A stretch of 64,000 nucleotides of DNA from Patescibacteria group bacterium (GCA_048617235.1 JBMCHT010000001.1:118043-182042), one strand, 5' to 3'; shown: positions 16,051-27,322, numbered from the stretch's first letter. Translations and numbers: made by a program. The notes: generated by a model from the letters alone, not told the origin.

Positions 16051-19000
16051 TTAATTATCATCTTCCATCCTGGCAATAGAGCCATTTTCCGCTTCTGCTT
16101 CTGCTATTTCATTATAATCAGGAATTAACCCGGTTCCGGCCGGTATTAATCGACCAAGAGCTACATTTTCTTTTAATCCGCGTAATTTATCTACTTTTCC
16201 GGCAACAGCAGCATTAATCAAAACTTTAGTGGTATGTTGAAAAGAAGCAGCCGACAAGAAACTACTGGAAGACAAAGCCACATCGGAAATTCCCAAAATA
16301 ACAATCTTACCTTTAGCCGGCTCCCCTCCTTCAGCCTTAACTTTAGTATTTACTTCTTCTAATTCCGCTTTATCCACCACTTCATTAATCTGTAAATCAG
16401 TATCACCTGGTTCTTGAATTTTACGACGAGAGAGCATTTGCCGAATAACCAACTCAATATGCTTTCTGGCAATATCCACCCCTTGCAATTGATAAATGGC
16501 ATTTATTTCTTTAATGATATAATCCTCTACTTTTGCTTGACCGGCTAATTTTAGATAATTAACCAAATCTACTGAACCATCAGTTAAAATTTGCCCGACT
16601 GTAATTGTATCTCCTTTTTCTATTAACAAATTACGAATGGCCGGTACTGTATATTCCACAGTTGATTTTTTCTTTTTATCTTTAGCCACAGCCGGATCAG
16701 TTAAAATAACAATGGTTCTGTCCTTAGCTCCGACTTTTATCTCCATCACTTCTCCTTCAACTTCAGACAATAAAGCAGAAGCTTTAGGATTACGTCTTTC
16801 AAATATTTCTGTCACTCGAGGTAAACCACCGACGATATCTCCTCCTTCTTGAGAAACTCCTCCGGCATGTTTGGTTCTCATAGTTAATTGGGTACCGGGT
16901 TCTCCAATAGCTTGAGCGGCTACCACTCCAACCGGTTCTCCAATCTTAATCAATCCTCCTCGACCCTGGTCTTCACCATAACAAGCTCGACAAATACCTC
17001 TGGTATTTTTACAAGTAAGAGGAGTTCTAACCCTAACTTCTGTTATTCCAGCCTCATCTATACTCTTCGCATCTGCTTTAGATAATAAATGACCGTCCGG
17101 GAATAATTCTTGTCCGTTTTGATCTTTTACCGACTCTAACAAAATCCGACCGCGAATACTATTGGCTAAACCTTCTTCAAATCCTAAAATATGGCTCTGA
17201 TTAAATACTTTACCTTGTTTATCTTGACAATCATCCGCATTAACTATTATATCCTGAGCTACATAAACCAATTTTCTGGTCAAATAACCGGCTTGAGCCG
17301 TATTCAAAGCGGTATCTGCCAAACCTTTACGCGAACCGTGAGTAGAAACAAAGAATTCCAATGGTGTTAATCCCTCTTTAAAAGAAGAAACAATCGGGAA
17401 ATCTATTAACTGACCTGATGGATTAGTCATTAAACCAATCATCCCGGACATTTGAGTCACCTGAGCTACAGAACCTCGAGCATTGGAATTTAACATATCC
17501 GAAACAGATTTATGCTCTCCCAAACTGCCGGGAACCAATTTTTCCACTTCATTTCTGGCTTTAAGCCAAGTTTCAATAAACATTTGGTAACGCTCATTAT
17601 CTGACAATAAACCATCATTATATTGTTCATATATTTGAATAGTTTCTTCTTGAGCTTTTTTAATAACATCCTCTTTCTTAGCCGGCACCACCACATCATC
17701 AATTCCCCAAGTAATACCGGAGGTAGTAGCATATTTAAAACCAAAAGATTTGATTTTATCCAATATATCTGGCATTAAGGACATATCATAACGATGAACC
17801 AATTGATCAACTAAAGCTGACATACCTTTACCGGTTACCGCCTGATTGAAAAAGGGAAAATCTGCCGGCAAATTATTGTTAAAAAGAAGACGGCCAACAC
17901 TGGTTTCTATTATTTTTTCCTTATATTCTCCATATTTTTCCTTCTTGGTCATCTTAACGTTAATTTTGGCTTGCAAATCTACATGGTCAAAATCATGAGC
18001 CATAATAGCGTGATTAGGACTGGAAAAATATTGTCCACTGCCTCGAGCATCCGCTATTTCTTTGGTTACCCAATAACAACCCAAAACAATATCCAATTTC
18101 ATATTAATAACCGGATCACCGGAACCGGGCTTTAACAAATTCCGGTTAGCGGCTACCAAATCTCTGGCTTCTTTTTGAGCGGGAACAGACAAAGGTACAT
18201 GAACCGCCATTTGATCCCCATCGAAATCGGCATTGAAGGCACTACAAACCAAGGGGTGAATTTGAATAGCACTACCTTCTATTAAAACCGGTTGAAAAGC
18301 TTGAATACCCAAACGATGTAGAGTTGGTGGTCGATTAAGTAAAACATATTTATCTTTAATCACATCTTCCAATATAGCCCAAATATCCGGAGATTGTTCA
18401 TCTATTAATCGTCCGGCTCCGCGAATATTAAAAGCTAACTCTTTTTCTAAAATTTGAGCAATAATAAACGGTCGAAATAATTCCAAAGCCATTAATTTCG
18501 GCAAACCACATTGAGAAATTTTTAAATCAGGCCCTACCACAATTACACTACGACCGGAATAATCCACTCGCTTACCAATAAGGTTCTGACGAAAACGACC
18601 TTGCTTCCCTCTTAAATTATCTGCTAAAGATTTCAATGGTCGTCTTTGACTTTGATTCATCACTCCTTCACCACCGGACTTTCTGATATTATTATCAATC
18701 AAAGCATCAACCGCTTCTTGTAATATCCTTTTTTCATTTCTTAAAATAACCTCCGGGGCATTAAGATCTATTAATTTTTTTAAACGATTATTACGATTAA
18801 TCACTCGACGATAAAGATCATTTATATCACTAGTAGCATGACGGCCTCCATCTAAAGCCACCATCGGTCTTAAAGCCGGTGGAATAATTGGTACAACTTT
18901 AAGGAGCATCCATTCAGGTCTAACTCCGGCTTTGAGCATAGATTTAACCAAATTATATCTTTTTCGCAATTTTATCCTTTCTGTAGATTTAGCTGTTTCC

Positions 19001-19728
19001 AAAGAAGAAGATACCTGCGAAAGCAAATCTTCCAAATCTATTCCTTGGCAAATTTGATTTAAAGCTTCAGCTCCAATACCAGCCTCAAAAACCTGTCCGT
19101 ATTTAAGAGATAAACGATGATATTCAATTTCATCAATAACTCGCCACGGTTCTATTGATTCCAATTGCCGTTTAGCCCCTAATAAAGCTTGTTTAATGGC
19201 CTCTTTTTCTTTATCAGAACCGGCTGCTTTAACTTTGGTTTTATATTCATTATCTAATTGTTTTAAAACTTTGGTTTTTTCCACATCATCAACATCAGTA
19301 ATAATATAACCGGCAAAATAAATAACCTTTTCTACATCTGTGATTGTTAAATTAAGTAAGATTCCCAAACGACTAGGTATATTACGAACAAACCAAATAT
19401 GAGATACCGGACATGCCAGATCAATATGACCCATTCTTTCTCTTCTAACTATTGAACGGGTAACTTCAACTCCACATTTTTCACAAACAATATCTTTATA
19501 TCTGACTCTTTTGTATTTACCACAATAACACTCATAGTCTTTTTCCGGACCAAATATTCTTTCATCAAACAAACCGTTTCTTTCAGATCGGCCACTACGA
19601 TAATTAATCGTTTCAGGTTTGGTCACTTCACCGTAAGACCAAGCTCTGATTCTTTCTGGAGATGCTAATTTCAAACTAACCGCATTAAAATCCTCCATTA
19701 TATTATTGACTTTGTTATTTTTCATCAT
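16051..19728 (-). CDS. rpoC: DNA-directed RNA polymerase subunit beta'
   Basis: 1225 aa. Contains the NADFDGDQM catalytic motif and the zinc-binding CEKCGVEV segment. Confidence 0.95.
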   Translation of the reverse strand: MMKNNKVNNIMEDFNAVSLKLASPERIRAWSYGEVTKPETINYRSGRSERNGLFDERIFGPEKDYECYCGKYKRVRYKDIVCEKCGVEVTRSIVRRERMGHIDLACPVSHIWFVRNIPSRLGILLNLTITDVEKVIYFAGYIITDVDDVEKTKVLKQLDNEYKTKVKAAGSDKEKEAIKQALLGAKRQLESIEPWRVIDEIEYHRLSLKYGQVFEAGIGAEALNQICQGIDLEDLLSQVSSSLETAKSTERIKLRKRYNLVKSMLKAGVRPEWMLLKVVPIIPPALRPMVALDGGRHATSDINDLYRRVINRNNRLKKLIDLNAPEVILRNEKRILQEAVDALIDNNIRKSGGEGVMNQSQRRPLKSLADNLRGKQGRFRQNLIGKRVDYSGRSVIVVGPDLKISQCGLPKLMALELFRPFIIAQILEKELAFNIRGAGRLIDEQSPDIWAILEDVIKDKYVLLNRPPTLHRLGIQAFQPVLIEGSAIQIHPLVCSAFNADFDGDQMAVHVPLSVPAQKEARDLVAANRNLLKPGSGDPVINMKLDIVLGCYWVTKEIADARGSGQYFSSPNHAIMAHDFDHVDLQAKINVKMTKKEKYGEYKEKIIETSVGRLLFNNNLPADFPFFNQAVTGKGMSALVDQLVHRYDMSLMPDILDKIKSFGFKYATTSGITWGIDDVVVPAKKEDVIKKAQEETIQIYEQYNDGLLSDNERYQMFIETWLKARNEVEKLVPGSLGEHKSVSDMLNSNARGSVAQVTQMSGMIGLMTNPSGQLIDFPIVSSFKEGLTPLEFFVSTHGSRKGLADTALNTAQAGYLTRKLVYVAQDIIVNADDCQDKQGKVFNQSHILGFEEGLANSIRGRILLESVKDQNGQELFPDGHLLSKADAKSIDEAGITEVRVRTPLTCKNTRGICRACYGEDQGRGGLIKIGEPVGVVAAQAIGEPGTQLTMRTKHAGGVSQEGGDIVGGLPRVTEIFERRNPKASALLSEVEGEVMEIKVGAKDRTIVILTDPAVAKDKKKKSTVEYTVPAIRNLLIEKGDTITVGQILTDGSVDLVNYLKLAGQAKVEDYIIKEINAIYQLQGVDIARKHIELVIRQMLSRRKIQEPGDTDLQINEVVDKAELEEVNTKVKAEGGEPAKGKIVILGISDVALSSSSFLSAASFQHTTKVLINAAVAGKVDKLRGLKENVALGRLIPAGTGLIPDYNEIAEAEAENGSIARMEDDN

Positions 19729-19751
19729 AATAAATATTTGAAATTAGTTTT

Positions 19752-22700
19752 TTAATTTTGAATTTGTTTTAATTCTATATCCAGAGCCAAGCCTCTCAGC
19801 TCATTTAACATCACATTAAAAGAAGCCGGAACATTGGGTTGTTTAATATATTCACCTTTAACTAAAGAATCAAAAGCCTGGGATCGGCCAACAATATCAT
19901 CTGATTTAATAGTCAACATTTCCCTTAAAATGTAAGCAGCACCATATCCTTCCATAGCCCAAACTTCCATTTCTCCAAAACGCTGGCCACCACCTTGAGA
20001 CCGTCCTCCTAAAGGCTGTTGAGTAATTAAAGAATAAGGACCAACTGATCTCATATGAATTTTATCTTCAACCATATGAGTCAACTTCATAATATACATA
20101 TAACCGGTAGCAATCGCTTGTTTAAATTTCTCTCCGGTTCGGCCGTCAAATAATTCCATTTTACCATTTTCGGCAAAACCAGCTTCTTTTAACTCTTGCC
20201 TGATTTCTTCAGGGGTCGCTCCTTGGAAAACGGGAGTAATTGCTTGATAACCCAAAGCCTGAGCCGCCAAACCTAAATGTAATTCCATAATTTGACCTAA
20301 ATTCATACGGCTAGGCACTCCTAATGGCGTTAAAATTACATCAACTGGCTCCCCGTCAGCTGAATAAGGCATATCTTCTACCGGCAAAATACGAGAAATT
20401 ACTCCTTTATTTCCATGCCGACCGGCCAATTTATCTCCAACCGAAACATTGCGCATTTGAGCTACTTGAATATAAATCTTCTTGATTACTCCGGACTCCA
20501 TCTTATCACCTCGTTCTCGAGAAAAAACCTTAACCCCAATTACCCTACCTTTTTTACCGTGAGGTAAACGCAAAGAAGCATCTTTAACATCACGAGATTT
20601 CTCACCAAAAATTGAACGCAATAAACGTTCTTCCGGAGTTAATTCCGTTTCTCCTTTGGGAGTAATTTTACCCACCAATATATCGCCTGGAGTGACTTCG
20701 GCTCCTATTCTAACTATACCTTCTTCATCTAAATTTCTTAATTTAACTTCACCGACATTCGGAATATCGTGGGTAGTTATTTCCGGACCCAATTTGGTAT
20801 CCCTAACACTGATATCAAATTCTTGTATATGGATACTAGAAAATTTGTGATCACGAACCAATCTTTGGGAAATAATTATAGCATCTTCATAATTAGATCC
20901 TTGCCAAGACATAAAAGCCACTCGGACATTTTGCCCAACCGCTACTTGACCGCCGGAAGTTGAAGAGTTATCAGCCAACAAGTCTCCGGCTTTAACTTTT
21001 TGTCCTATATTAACTATCGGTTTATGATGAAAAATACTGGTTTCATTAGTCTTTTGAAAACTGATCAAAGGATATTCATCCACCTCTCCTTTATCTGTTT
21101 TTATTTTAATCTGCTGGCCATCTACTGCTATTATTTGACCGGCTCTTTTAACATAAAGTAAACGCCCTGAATCCCGAGCCACTCTTGATTCCATACCGGT
21201 AGCCACTAAAGGGGCTTCACTTATAACTGGTGGTACACTCTGTTTCTGCATATTGGAACCCATTAAAGTTCGATTAGAGTTATCATGTTCCAAAAAAGGA
21301 ATCATAGAAGTAGCTACCGAATAAGCCTGATTGGTGGCCACCTCCATAAAATCTACATCATTCGGCTCAACCAAACTGGGTCGAGTTTTAAAACGAACCT
21401 CTATCTGCTCATCAATCAAACGACCATCTTTATCCAACCCAACTCCCCCATGAGCTATTTTATATTTTTCTTCCTCTAAAGCATTTAAATAAACTACTTC
21501 ATTGGTTAAACGACTATTTTTAACTTTAATATAAGGAGTCTCGATAATACCAAATTCATTAACTCGAGCAAAAGCGGTTAAATGTAAAATCAAACCGATA
21601 TTTGGCCCTTCCGGCGTATGCACCGGACACAAACGGCCATAATGTGAAGTATGTACATCCCGAACCTCAAAACCGGCTCGTTCTCTAGTTAAACCACCCG
21701 GACCCAAAGCCGATAAAGTCCTTAAATGTTCCACTTCATACAAAACATTAGTCTGGCTCATAAATTGAGATAATTGATTGGTGGTGAAAAACTCTTTCAA
21801 GCGAGCCTGAAGCGGTCTGGGATTAACTAATTGAATCGGTAATAAAGTAGCCGAATCCACTGTAGACATCCTATCTTGAATATGACGTCTCATTTGAGTC
21901 ATACCTACTTTCATCCGTTGTTGTAACATCTCACCCATACTACGAACCCGACGAAATCCTAAATGATCTATATCATCGGGAATAGCTTCCGGAGTATTAT
22001 TTAATTCTATAATATGTTTAATAGTTAAAATTAAATCTTCTAATTTTAATAATCTGTCTTCACGAGCTTTATCATCAACCGGTAAACCAAAACGCTCATT
22101 AAAACGCAATCTTCCAACAACTGAAAAATCATATCTTTCTCGACTAAAAAGACCATCAACAAATTCTCTGGCACTAGCCGGAGTAGCCAAATCGCTATCT
22201 CGATGTCTTTTATAAATCTCCATATAAGCCTCATCCACTGTTTTAGCATTATCTTTGTCTAAAGTATTTTTTATTGTCTCAGTATCCACACCCGCTTTTT
22301 CAAACATATTTAATATCTCTTTATCATCCATATCATGCCCTTTAATTGCAGCTAGGGTTCTAATTAAAGCAGTAATCGGAAATTTTCGTCTCCTGTCTAT
22401 TCGGCCATAGATAACTCCATCAGCTTCTGTTTCCAATTCCACCCAAGCCCCTCGCGCCGGACTTATTTTAGCCCCAAAATAATTATAACCTCTTATTTGA
22501 TTGGCAGTAAAAAATACACCAAAACTTCGAGCCAACTGCGGTACCATCACTCTTTCTATACCATTGAAAATGAACGTACCATGATCAGTCATAACCGGGA
22601 AATCAGCTAAAAATATTTCTTGTTCTTTGGTTTGATTTAAATTTTTATTATGTAACTTAACTCTAACTTTTAAAGGTGCCTCGAAAGATAATCTGTTACT

Positions 22701-22928
22701 CTTGGCATAATGTTCATCAAATTTTGGTCTTTCTAAATTAAATTCTGAAAATTCCAAATGGAATTTTTTACCGGAATAATCCTCAATGGCTGAAAATTCT
22801 TCAAACAATTCTTTCAAACCTTCATTAACCAACCAATCATAAGATTGTAATTGCAAATCTTTTAAATCCGGCATATCGATTAACGGTTTCCTGTAAGAAG
22901 AAAAAGTTTTTTGTTTTTGGGGCATCAT
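19752..22928 (-). CDS. rpoB: DNA-directed RNA polymerase subunit beta
   Basis: 1058 aa. Conserved blocks include GRHGNKGV, FGEMEVWA and the rifampicin-region-like segment. Confidence 0.95.
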   Translation of the reverse strand: MMPQKQKTFSSYRKPLIDMPDLKDLQLQSYDWLVNEGLKELFEEFSAIEDYSGKKFHLEFSEFNLERPKFDEHYAKSNRLSFEAPLKVRVKLHNKNLNQTKEQEIFLADFPVMTDHGTFIFNGIERVMVPQLARSFGVFFTANQIRGYNYFGAKISPARGAWVELETEADGVIYGRIDRRRKFPITALIRTLAAIKGHDMDDKEILNMFEKAGVDTETIKNTLDKDNAKTVDEAYMEIYKRHRDSDLATPASAREFVDGLFSRERYDFSVVGRLRFNERFGLPVDDKAREDRLLKLEDLILTIKHIIELNNTPEAIPDDIDHLGFRRVRSMGEMLQQRMKVGMTQMRRHIQDRMSTVDSATLLPIQLVNPRPLQARLKEFFTTNQLSQFMSQTNVLYEVEHLRTLSALGPGGLTRERAGFEVRDVHTSHYGRLCPVHTPEGPNIGLILHLTAFARVNEFGIIETPYIKVKNSRLTNEVVYLNALEEEKYKIAHGGVGLDKDGRLIDEQIEVRFKTRPSLVEPNDVDFMEVATNQAYSVATSMIPFLEHDNSNRTLMGSNMQKQSVPPVISEAPLVATGMESRVARDSGRLLYVKRAGQIIAVDGQQIKIKTDKGEVDEYPLISFQKTNETSIFHHKPIVNIGQKVKAGDLLADNSSTSGGQVAVGQNVRVAFMSWQGSNYEDAIIISQRLVRDHKFSSIHIQEFDISVRDTKLGPEITTHDIPNVGEVKLRNLDEEGIVRIGAEVTPGDILVGKITPKGETELTPEERLLRSIFGEKSRDVKDASLRLPHGKKGRVIGVKVFSRERGDKMESGVIKKIYIQVAQMRNVSVGDKLAGRHGNKGVISRILPVEDMPYSADGEPVDVILTPLGVPSRMNLGQIMELHLGLAAQALGYQAITPVFQGATPEEIRQELKEAGFAENGKMELFDGRTGEKFKQAIATGYMYIMKLTHMVEDKIHMRSVGPYSLITQQPLGGRSQGGGQRFGEMEVWAMEGYGAAYILREMLTIKSDDIVGRSQAFDSLVKGEYIKQPNVPASFNVMLNELRGLALDIELKQIQN

Positions 22929-23161
22929 AATATTATTAAAATAAAACTAGACTTATTTATAAAAATAAAACTTTCAGACAATAAGCAAAATCAAGCTGAC
23001 CAGACAAAATGTCCGCCAACTGTAAATTTTCTTAATGTTTTATAATGGAAGATCGTTATCCTTCGGAACTCAATCTCGTCCGTAAATGTTACCCTAAAGA
23101 TAACATAAAGAATAAAAAAGTCAAAAAAAATAAAGGTGGATAAATTAAATATAAAATTTTA

Positions 23162-23812
23162 TTATTTATTGGTTTTCTTTTTCCATTGATTTATCTTTTG
23201 ATGATGACCGGATTTTAAAACTGCTGGCACCGAATAATGCTTACCTTTATCTTTGATGATCTCCGGCCTGGTATAAATAGCCGAACCGGCCGGTCGAGTA
23301 TCCTCCAAAGAATCACCTGAGCCCAAAACCCCGGGTAAACGACGAGCTACCGCATCCACCACTACCATGGCCGGTAATTCCCCACCGGATAAAATATAAG
23401 AACCAATAGAAACTTTATCCGCTGTCAATATTTCAGCTGCCCGAGCATCTATACCTTCATAACGCCCGGCTACCAGTACCAAATGCTGAAAAGATTCAGA
23501 CCAATTTTCTGCTATCTCATCATCAAATTGATAACCGCGAGGATCAAGAAAAATAACTTTAACTTTCTTTTTCCGACCAATAATTTGTCTTACCGCTTTA
23601 ATCACCACCGGTGCTTTTATAACCATTCCCGGTCCTCCGCCATAAGGCCTTCCGTCCAGTCGATCTTTATCAGTGTTTAAAAAATCACGAAGCTGATAAT
23701 AATTTATTTTTATTATTCCTTTGGTTTGAGCTCGACCGATAATTGAAGAATTAAAATAAACCTGAAACACCTCCGGAAAAAGACTAATTATATGGAAATT
23801 AATTTTTTTCAT
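23162..23812 (-). CDS. trmD: tRNA (guanine37-N1)-methyltransferase TrmD
   Basis: HIISLFPEVF...GRAQTKGII and the RPYGGGPGMV SAM-binding loop. Start taken at MKKINF. Confidence 0.85.
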   Translation of the reverse strand: MKKINFHIISLFPEVFQVYFNSSIIGRAQTKGIIKINYYQLRDFLNTDKDRLDGRPYGGGPGMVIKAPVVIKAVRQIIGRKKKVKVIFLDPRGYQFDDEIAENWSESFQHLVLVAGRYEGIDARAAEILTADKVSIGSYILSGGELPAMVVVDAVARRLPGVLGSGDSLEDTRPAGSAIYTRPEIIKDKGKHYSVPAVLKSGHHQKINQWKKKTNK

Positions 23813-23892
23813 AAAGACAAAAGTCAACCGCCACACTTTTAAATGAGTGTGGCGATGACTTACATTTTTTATTTTTGAAGTAAAACAAGGTA

Positions 23893-24249
23893 TTACATTT
23901 TCAGATCATTCATGGCCTGATCGACCGATTCCGAAGCACTAGCTTCAGGAACTTCTGCAGCAGGAGCTTCACTACGATTAGCTTCTCGAGTTGATCCTTC
24001 CGGTTCATTTATTTTTAGATTAACTCTGGCATTATTTTTCATTCCCACTACTCGTAATAATGTTCTGATAGCTTTGGCAGTATTGCCTTGGCGACCAATA
24101 ATTTTACCCATATCGTCCGGATGAACATCCAGAGTGATTAACACTCCCATTTCATCAACTTGACGACCCACCTTAACAGCTTCCGGATTGTCTACCAAAG
24201 AACGGACAACTGTTTCTAAAAACTCTTGATCTTGATATTTTTCTGACAT
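23893..24249 (-). CDS. KH-domain RNA-binding protein (YlqC/KhpA-like)
   Basis: VLITLDVHPDDMGKIIGRQGNTAKAIRTLLRV is a KH GxxG loop. It sits in the conserved rpsP-KH-trmD arrangement. It has an acidic C-terminal extension. Confidence 0.75.
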   Translation of the reverse strand: MSEKYQDQEFLETVVRSLVDNPEAVKVGRQVDEMGVLITLDVHPDDMGKIIGRQGNTAKAIRTLLRVVGMKNNARVNLKINEPEGSTREANRSEAPAAEVPEASASESVDQAMNDLKM

Positions 24250-24412
24250 AATAATTTTTACTAACTGTTTATATTTATTACTAAGCTTAATTCGACCGTC
24301 AGGATATTGTCCGAAAATGATTAAAATTATTCGGTACCCAAGACTAACTTATTGTAATCTAAAAATTAGATTTGTCAAAATAATTGAGTAACTAAAATCT
24401 TGTCTTAAAAAA

Positions 24413-24856
24413 CTAAACAGAAGTCACTTCTTTTTCTTCCAATTCCTCTTGGTTATTTTCCGTTTCTGCCAAATTTTCAGCATCAACTGCCTCATTTTCT
24501 TTATCTTTAACTGTGGTGGTTTCAGTTTCTGTTTTTACTTCAGTTTTATCTTTATCAGCTTCTTTTTCTTTAGTCACCGGTTTGGTTTTTGGTAAAATAT
24601 TTATTTTCGGTCCGGAAATAATTTGCAAACTAACCAGTAAATTATGAACTGTGTCTGATTTTTGAGCTCCGACAGACAACCAATATAAAACCCTATCTTT
24701 TTTTATTTGAGCTTCCGATCGCGGTCGTCGCGGATCATAAGAACCAATTATTTCTTTAAAACGACCACTTTTGGGGCCGTTCTGGGAATCGGTCACAATC
24801 ATTCTAAAAGCCGGATTATTTTTACGTCCGACCCTTTGTAATCTTATGGTTAACAT
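24413..24856 (-). CDS. rpsP: 30S ribosomal protein S16 with a K/E/T-rich C-terminal extension
   Basis: MLTIRLQRVGRKNNPAFRMIVTDSQNGPKSGRFKEIIGSYDP is the canonical S16 N-terminus. Confidence 0.9.
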   Translation of the reverse strand: MLTIRLQRVGRKNNPAFRMIVTDSQNGPKSGRFKEIIGSYDPRRPRSEAQIKKDRVLYWLSVGAQKSDTVHNLLVSLQIISGPKINILPKTKPVTKEKEADKDKTEVKTETETTTVKDKENEAVDAENLAETENNQEELEEKEVTSV

Positions 24857-24952
24857 ATAGGTCAAAATGATAGCAAAATCTTTGATTCCGGTCAATAGAT
24901 AACCCCTTGGGTTCAAAAAAAATGTCTGTTATACTAACACCACTTTCTTAAA

Positions 24953-26917
24953 ATGAACAAAAAAACAAGCAAAAACAAGCAAATTGAAGGTTTGTTATCT
25001 ATATCCGGTAAAGGAACCGGCTATCTTAATTTAATTGACCAAGATTTAAAAATAGAAATTCCGGCGAATAATTTAAATCGAGCTCTACCCCAAGATAAAG
25101 TCTTGGTTAGTTATAAATTAAAAGACAATCACAAAGCCATTGGTAAAGTTGAGAAAATTTTAGATAGATATACCGGCCCTCGACCGGGTCGAGTAATTAA
25201 GGTTTTAAATAAAAACAGTTATCAAATTACCTTGGATAATTCATCTTATTACACTCCAATATTAATTAAACCAGACCCCGATAAAAAATTAAATATTGCC
25301 GACAAAGTGGTTATAGAAATACAAGACTGGCCTGCAGATTCTCCTCTACCTCTGGGTAAGTTTTTAAAACACTTAGGTAAAGTCGGGGAAAATGAAGCGG
25401 AAATTTTATCAATGATTATCGGTCGCGGTTTAGCTTTGGATTTTCATCCTTCTTTACTAGAATCAATAAAAAATAAAAAAGAAACCTGGGAACAATCTAT
25501 TACAACCGAAGCCGACCAACGGCGAGATTTCAGAAATATTCTAACGCTTACCATTGATCCGGACGATGCTAAAGATTTCGATGACGCTCTCTCTATTCGT
25601 CGACTAGAAAATAATAAACTGGAAGTGGGCATACATATTGCCGATGTTTCCCATTATGTATTACCGGAAAGCACAATAGATAAAGAAGCTCGTCATCGAG
25701 CCACCTCTATTTATTTAGTTGATCGAGTTATACCTATGTTGCCGGAAGTATTATCTAATGATATCTGCAGCTTAAGACCACAAACTGACCGTTTGGCTTT
25801 TTCGGTAGTAGTCACCTTCACTGTTGACGGACAATTAGAAGATGAATGGTTTGGCCCAACAATTATTAAATCCGATTCGCGTTTAAATTATCAAGAAGCA
25901 GAAAAAATAATTACTACTACCGACAGACCGTCAACTAAAGATAACTTAAACACCATAGAATCAGCTTTGGCCGAACTTAATAATTTGGCTCAAAAACTAA
26001 AAAAAGCCAATCAGGAAGCCGGGGCAGTTTCTTTTTCTTCCGATGAAGTCAAATTTAAATTAGATAAAAAAGGAAAGCCCTTAGACGTTATTATTAAAAA
26101 ACAACTTCAAGCCAATGAATTGGTGGAAAATTTTATGCTTTTGGCCAATAAACTGGTGGCCGAATATGCCCATCGAGTTACTCGTCACCAAGAACATACT
26201 TTTGTTTACCGAGTTCATGATTATCCTGATCCTGAAAAAATAGGACAACTGATTTCTTTCCTAAAACCCTTGGGTTATAATTTAAAAATTCAAGATGATG
26301 AATTGGAACAAACTGATCTTAACCATCTGCTTCAACAAGCGGAAAATCAAGCCGAACACAGTTTAATCAATAGAACCGCTATTCGAGCCATGGCTAAAGC
26401 GGTATATTCGGAAAAAAATATAGGCCATTGGGGTTTGGCTTTTCCTTATTATACCCATTTTACTTCCCCTATTAGACGTTACCCCGATCTTTTAGTTCAC
26501 CGTCTTCTAAAAACTTATCTTCAAGGTAAAAAGCCCAACCAAAAAGAATTGGATCAATTAAGTGAAATATTACTTCATTGTTCTCAACGAGAACAATTGG
26601 CCGCTGAAGCCGAAAGAGAATCAATTAAATTAAAACAAGCCGAATATATGCAAAATTTTATCGATCAAACCAGAATCGGGATTATTTCCGGCTTAACCGA
26701 TTGGGGTATTTTTGTAGAAGATGTTCAAACCAAAGCCGAGGGTTTAATTCGTCTATCAGAAATAAAAAAAGATTATTATCAATTATCAGATAATCGTTAT
26801 TTTGTTATCGGTCAAAGAACGGGACATAAATTATCTTTAGGCGATCAAATAAAAATTAAAGTTATAAATGCTAACCCGGCTTCTCGTCAAATTGATTTCG
26901 GTTTAATAATTGATTAA
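24953..26917 (+). CDS. rnr: RNB-family 3'-5' exoribonuclease (RNase R/II-like)
   Basis: RNB catalytic motifs DPDDAKDFDDALSI and HIADVSHYV. C-terminal S1-like domain (GIISGLTDWGIFVE...). Confidence 0.85.
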   Translation: MNKKTSKNKQIEGLLSISGKGTGYLNLIDQDLKIEIPANNLNRALPQDKVLVSYKLKDNHKAIGKVEKILDRYTGPRPGRVIKVLNKNSYQITLDNSSYYTPILIKPDPDKKLNIADKVVIEIQDWPADSPLPLGKFLKHLGKVGENEAEILSMIIGRGLALDFHPSLLESIKNKKETWEQSITTEADQRRDFRNILTLTIDPDDAKDFDDALSIRRLENNKLEVGIHIADVSHYVLPESTIDKEARHRATSIYLVDRVIPMLPEVLSNDICSLRPQTDRLAFSVVVTFTVDGQLEDEWFGPTIIKSDSRLNYQEAEKIITTTDRPSTKDNLNTIESALAELNNLAQKLKKANQEAGAVSFSSDEVKFKLDKKGKPLDVIIKKQLQANELVENFMLLANKLVAEYAHRVTRHQEHTFVYRVHDYPDPEKIGQLISFLKPLGYNLKIQDDELEQTDLNHLLQQAENQAEHSLINRTAIRAMAKAVYSEKNIGHWGLAFPYYTHFTSPIRRYPDLLVHRLLKTYLQGKKPNQKELDQLSEILLHCSQREQLAAEAERESIKLKQAEYMQNFIDQTRIGIISGLTDWGIFVEDVQTKAEGLIRLSEIKKDYYQLSDNRYFVIGQRTGHKLSLGDQIKIKVINANPASRQIDFGLIID

Positions 26918-27068
26918 GAAACTATGTGGATAAATTATTTGACTATCGTCAATAAAATCTTAGAATAAAAATATGTTCAAATATAAACAAAACTTCCTCG
27001 GCCTCATTATTATTACCATTTCTGATGGAGGTTTTGCCGATGTTTAAAAAATTCTTTTCAAATATCCA

Positions 27069-27100
27069 CAAACCCTTCATCAGCCGATGAAGGGTTTTTT
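27069..27100 (+). terminator. Rho-independent terminator
   Basis: Perfect hairpin aaacccttcatc-agccg-gatgaagggttt, followed by tttttt. Confidence 0.7.
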
Positions 27101-27141
27101 GGTCTTTGATTACAAAAAAAAAGAGAGAGGAGGTGATATTT

Positions 27142-27315
27142 ATGCAAGTTGTTCCGGTTTCAATTTGTTGGGTAATGGGTTGTTTTGTGGTGGATTATAC
27201 ATCACATTACACTCACCTGAAAGTAGTGGGAAAGGATGGATCTACATCCTTTGTTCCCGCTGCTCCACCATCACCAACCAAGATGCCTGCCAAAGAGATC
27301 ATCTACTCTCTTTGA
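27142..27315 (+). CDS. small hypothetical protein, 57 aa (Cys/Trp-containing hydrophobic N-terminus, Pro-rich C-terminus)
   Basis: The ATG at 27142 is preceded by a strong SD, AGGAGGTGAT, 7 nt upstream. The ORF MQVVPVSICWVMGCFVVDYTSHYTHLKVVGKDGSTSFVPAAPPSPTKMPAKEIIYSL is bounded by terminators on both sides. GC is higher than in its neighbours. Confidence 0.4.
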   Translation: MQVVPVSICWVMGCFVVDYTSHYTHLKVVGKDGSTSFVPAAPPSPTKMPAKEIIYSL

Positions 27316-27322
27316 CAGACAA

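Noticed and set aside
22929-23161. Possible structured leader or ncRNA upstream of rpoB (cgttatc...gataac complementarity)
   Set aside because: There is only weak, short complementarity in an AT-rich spacer. No convincing hairpin or conserved motif could be established by eye.
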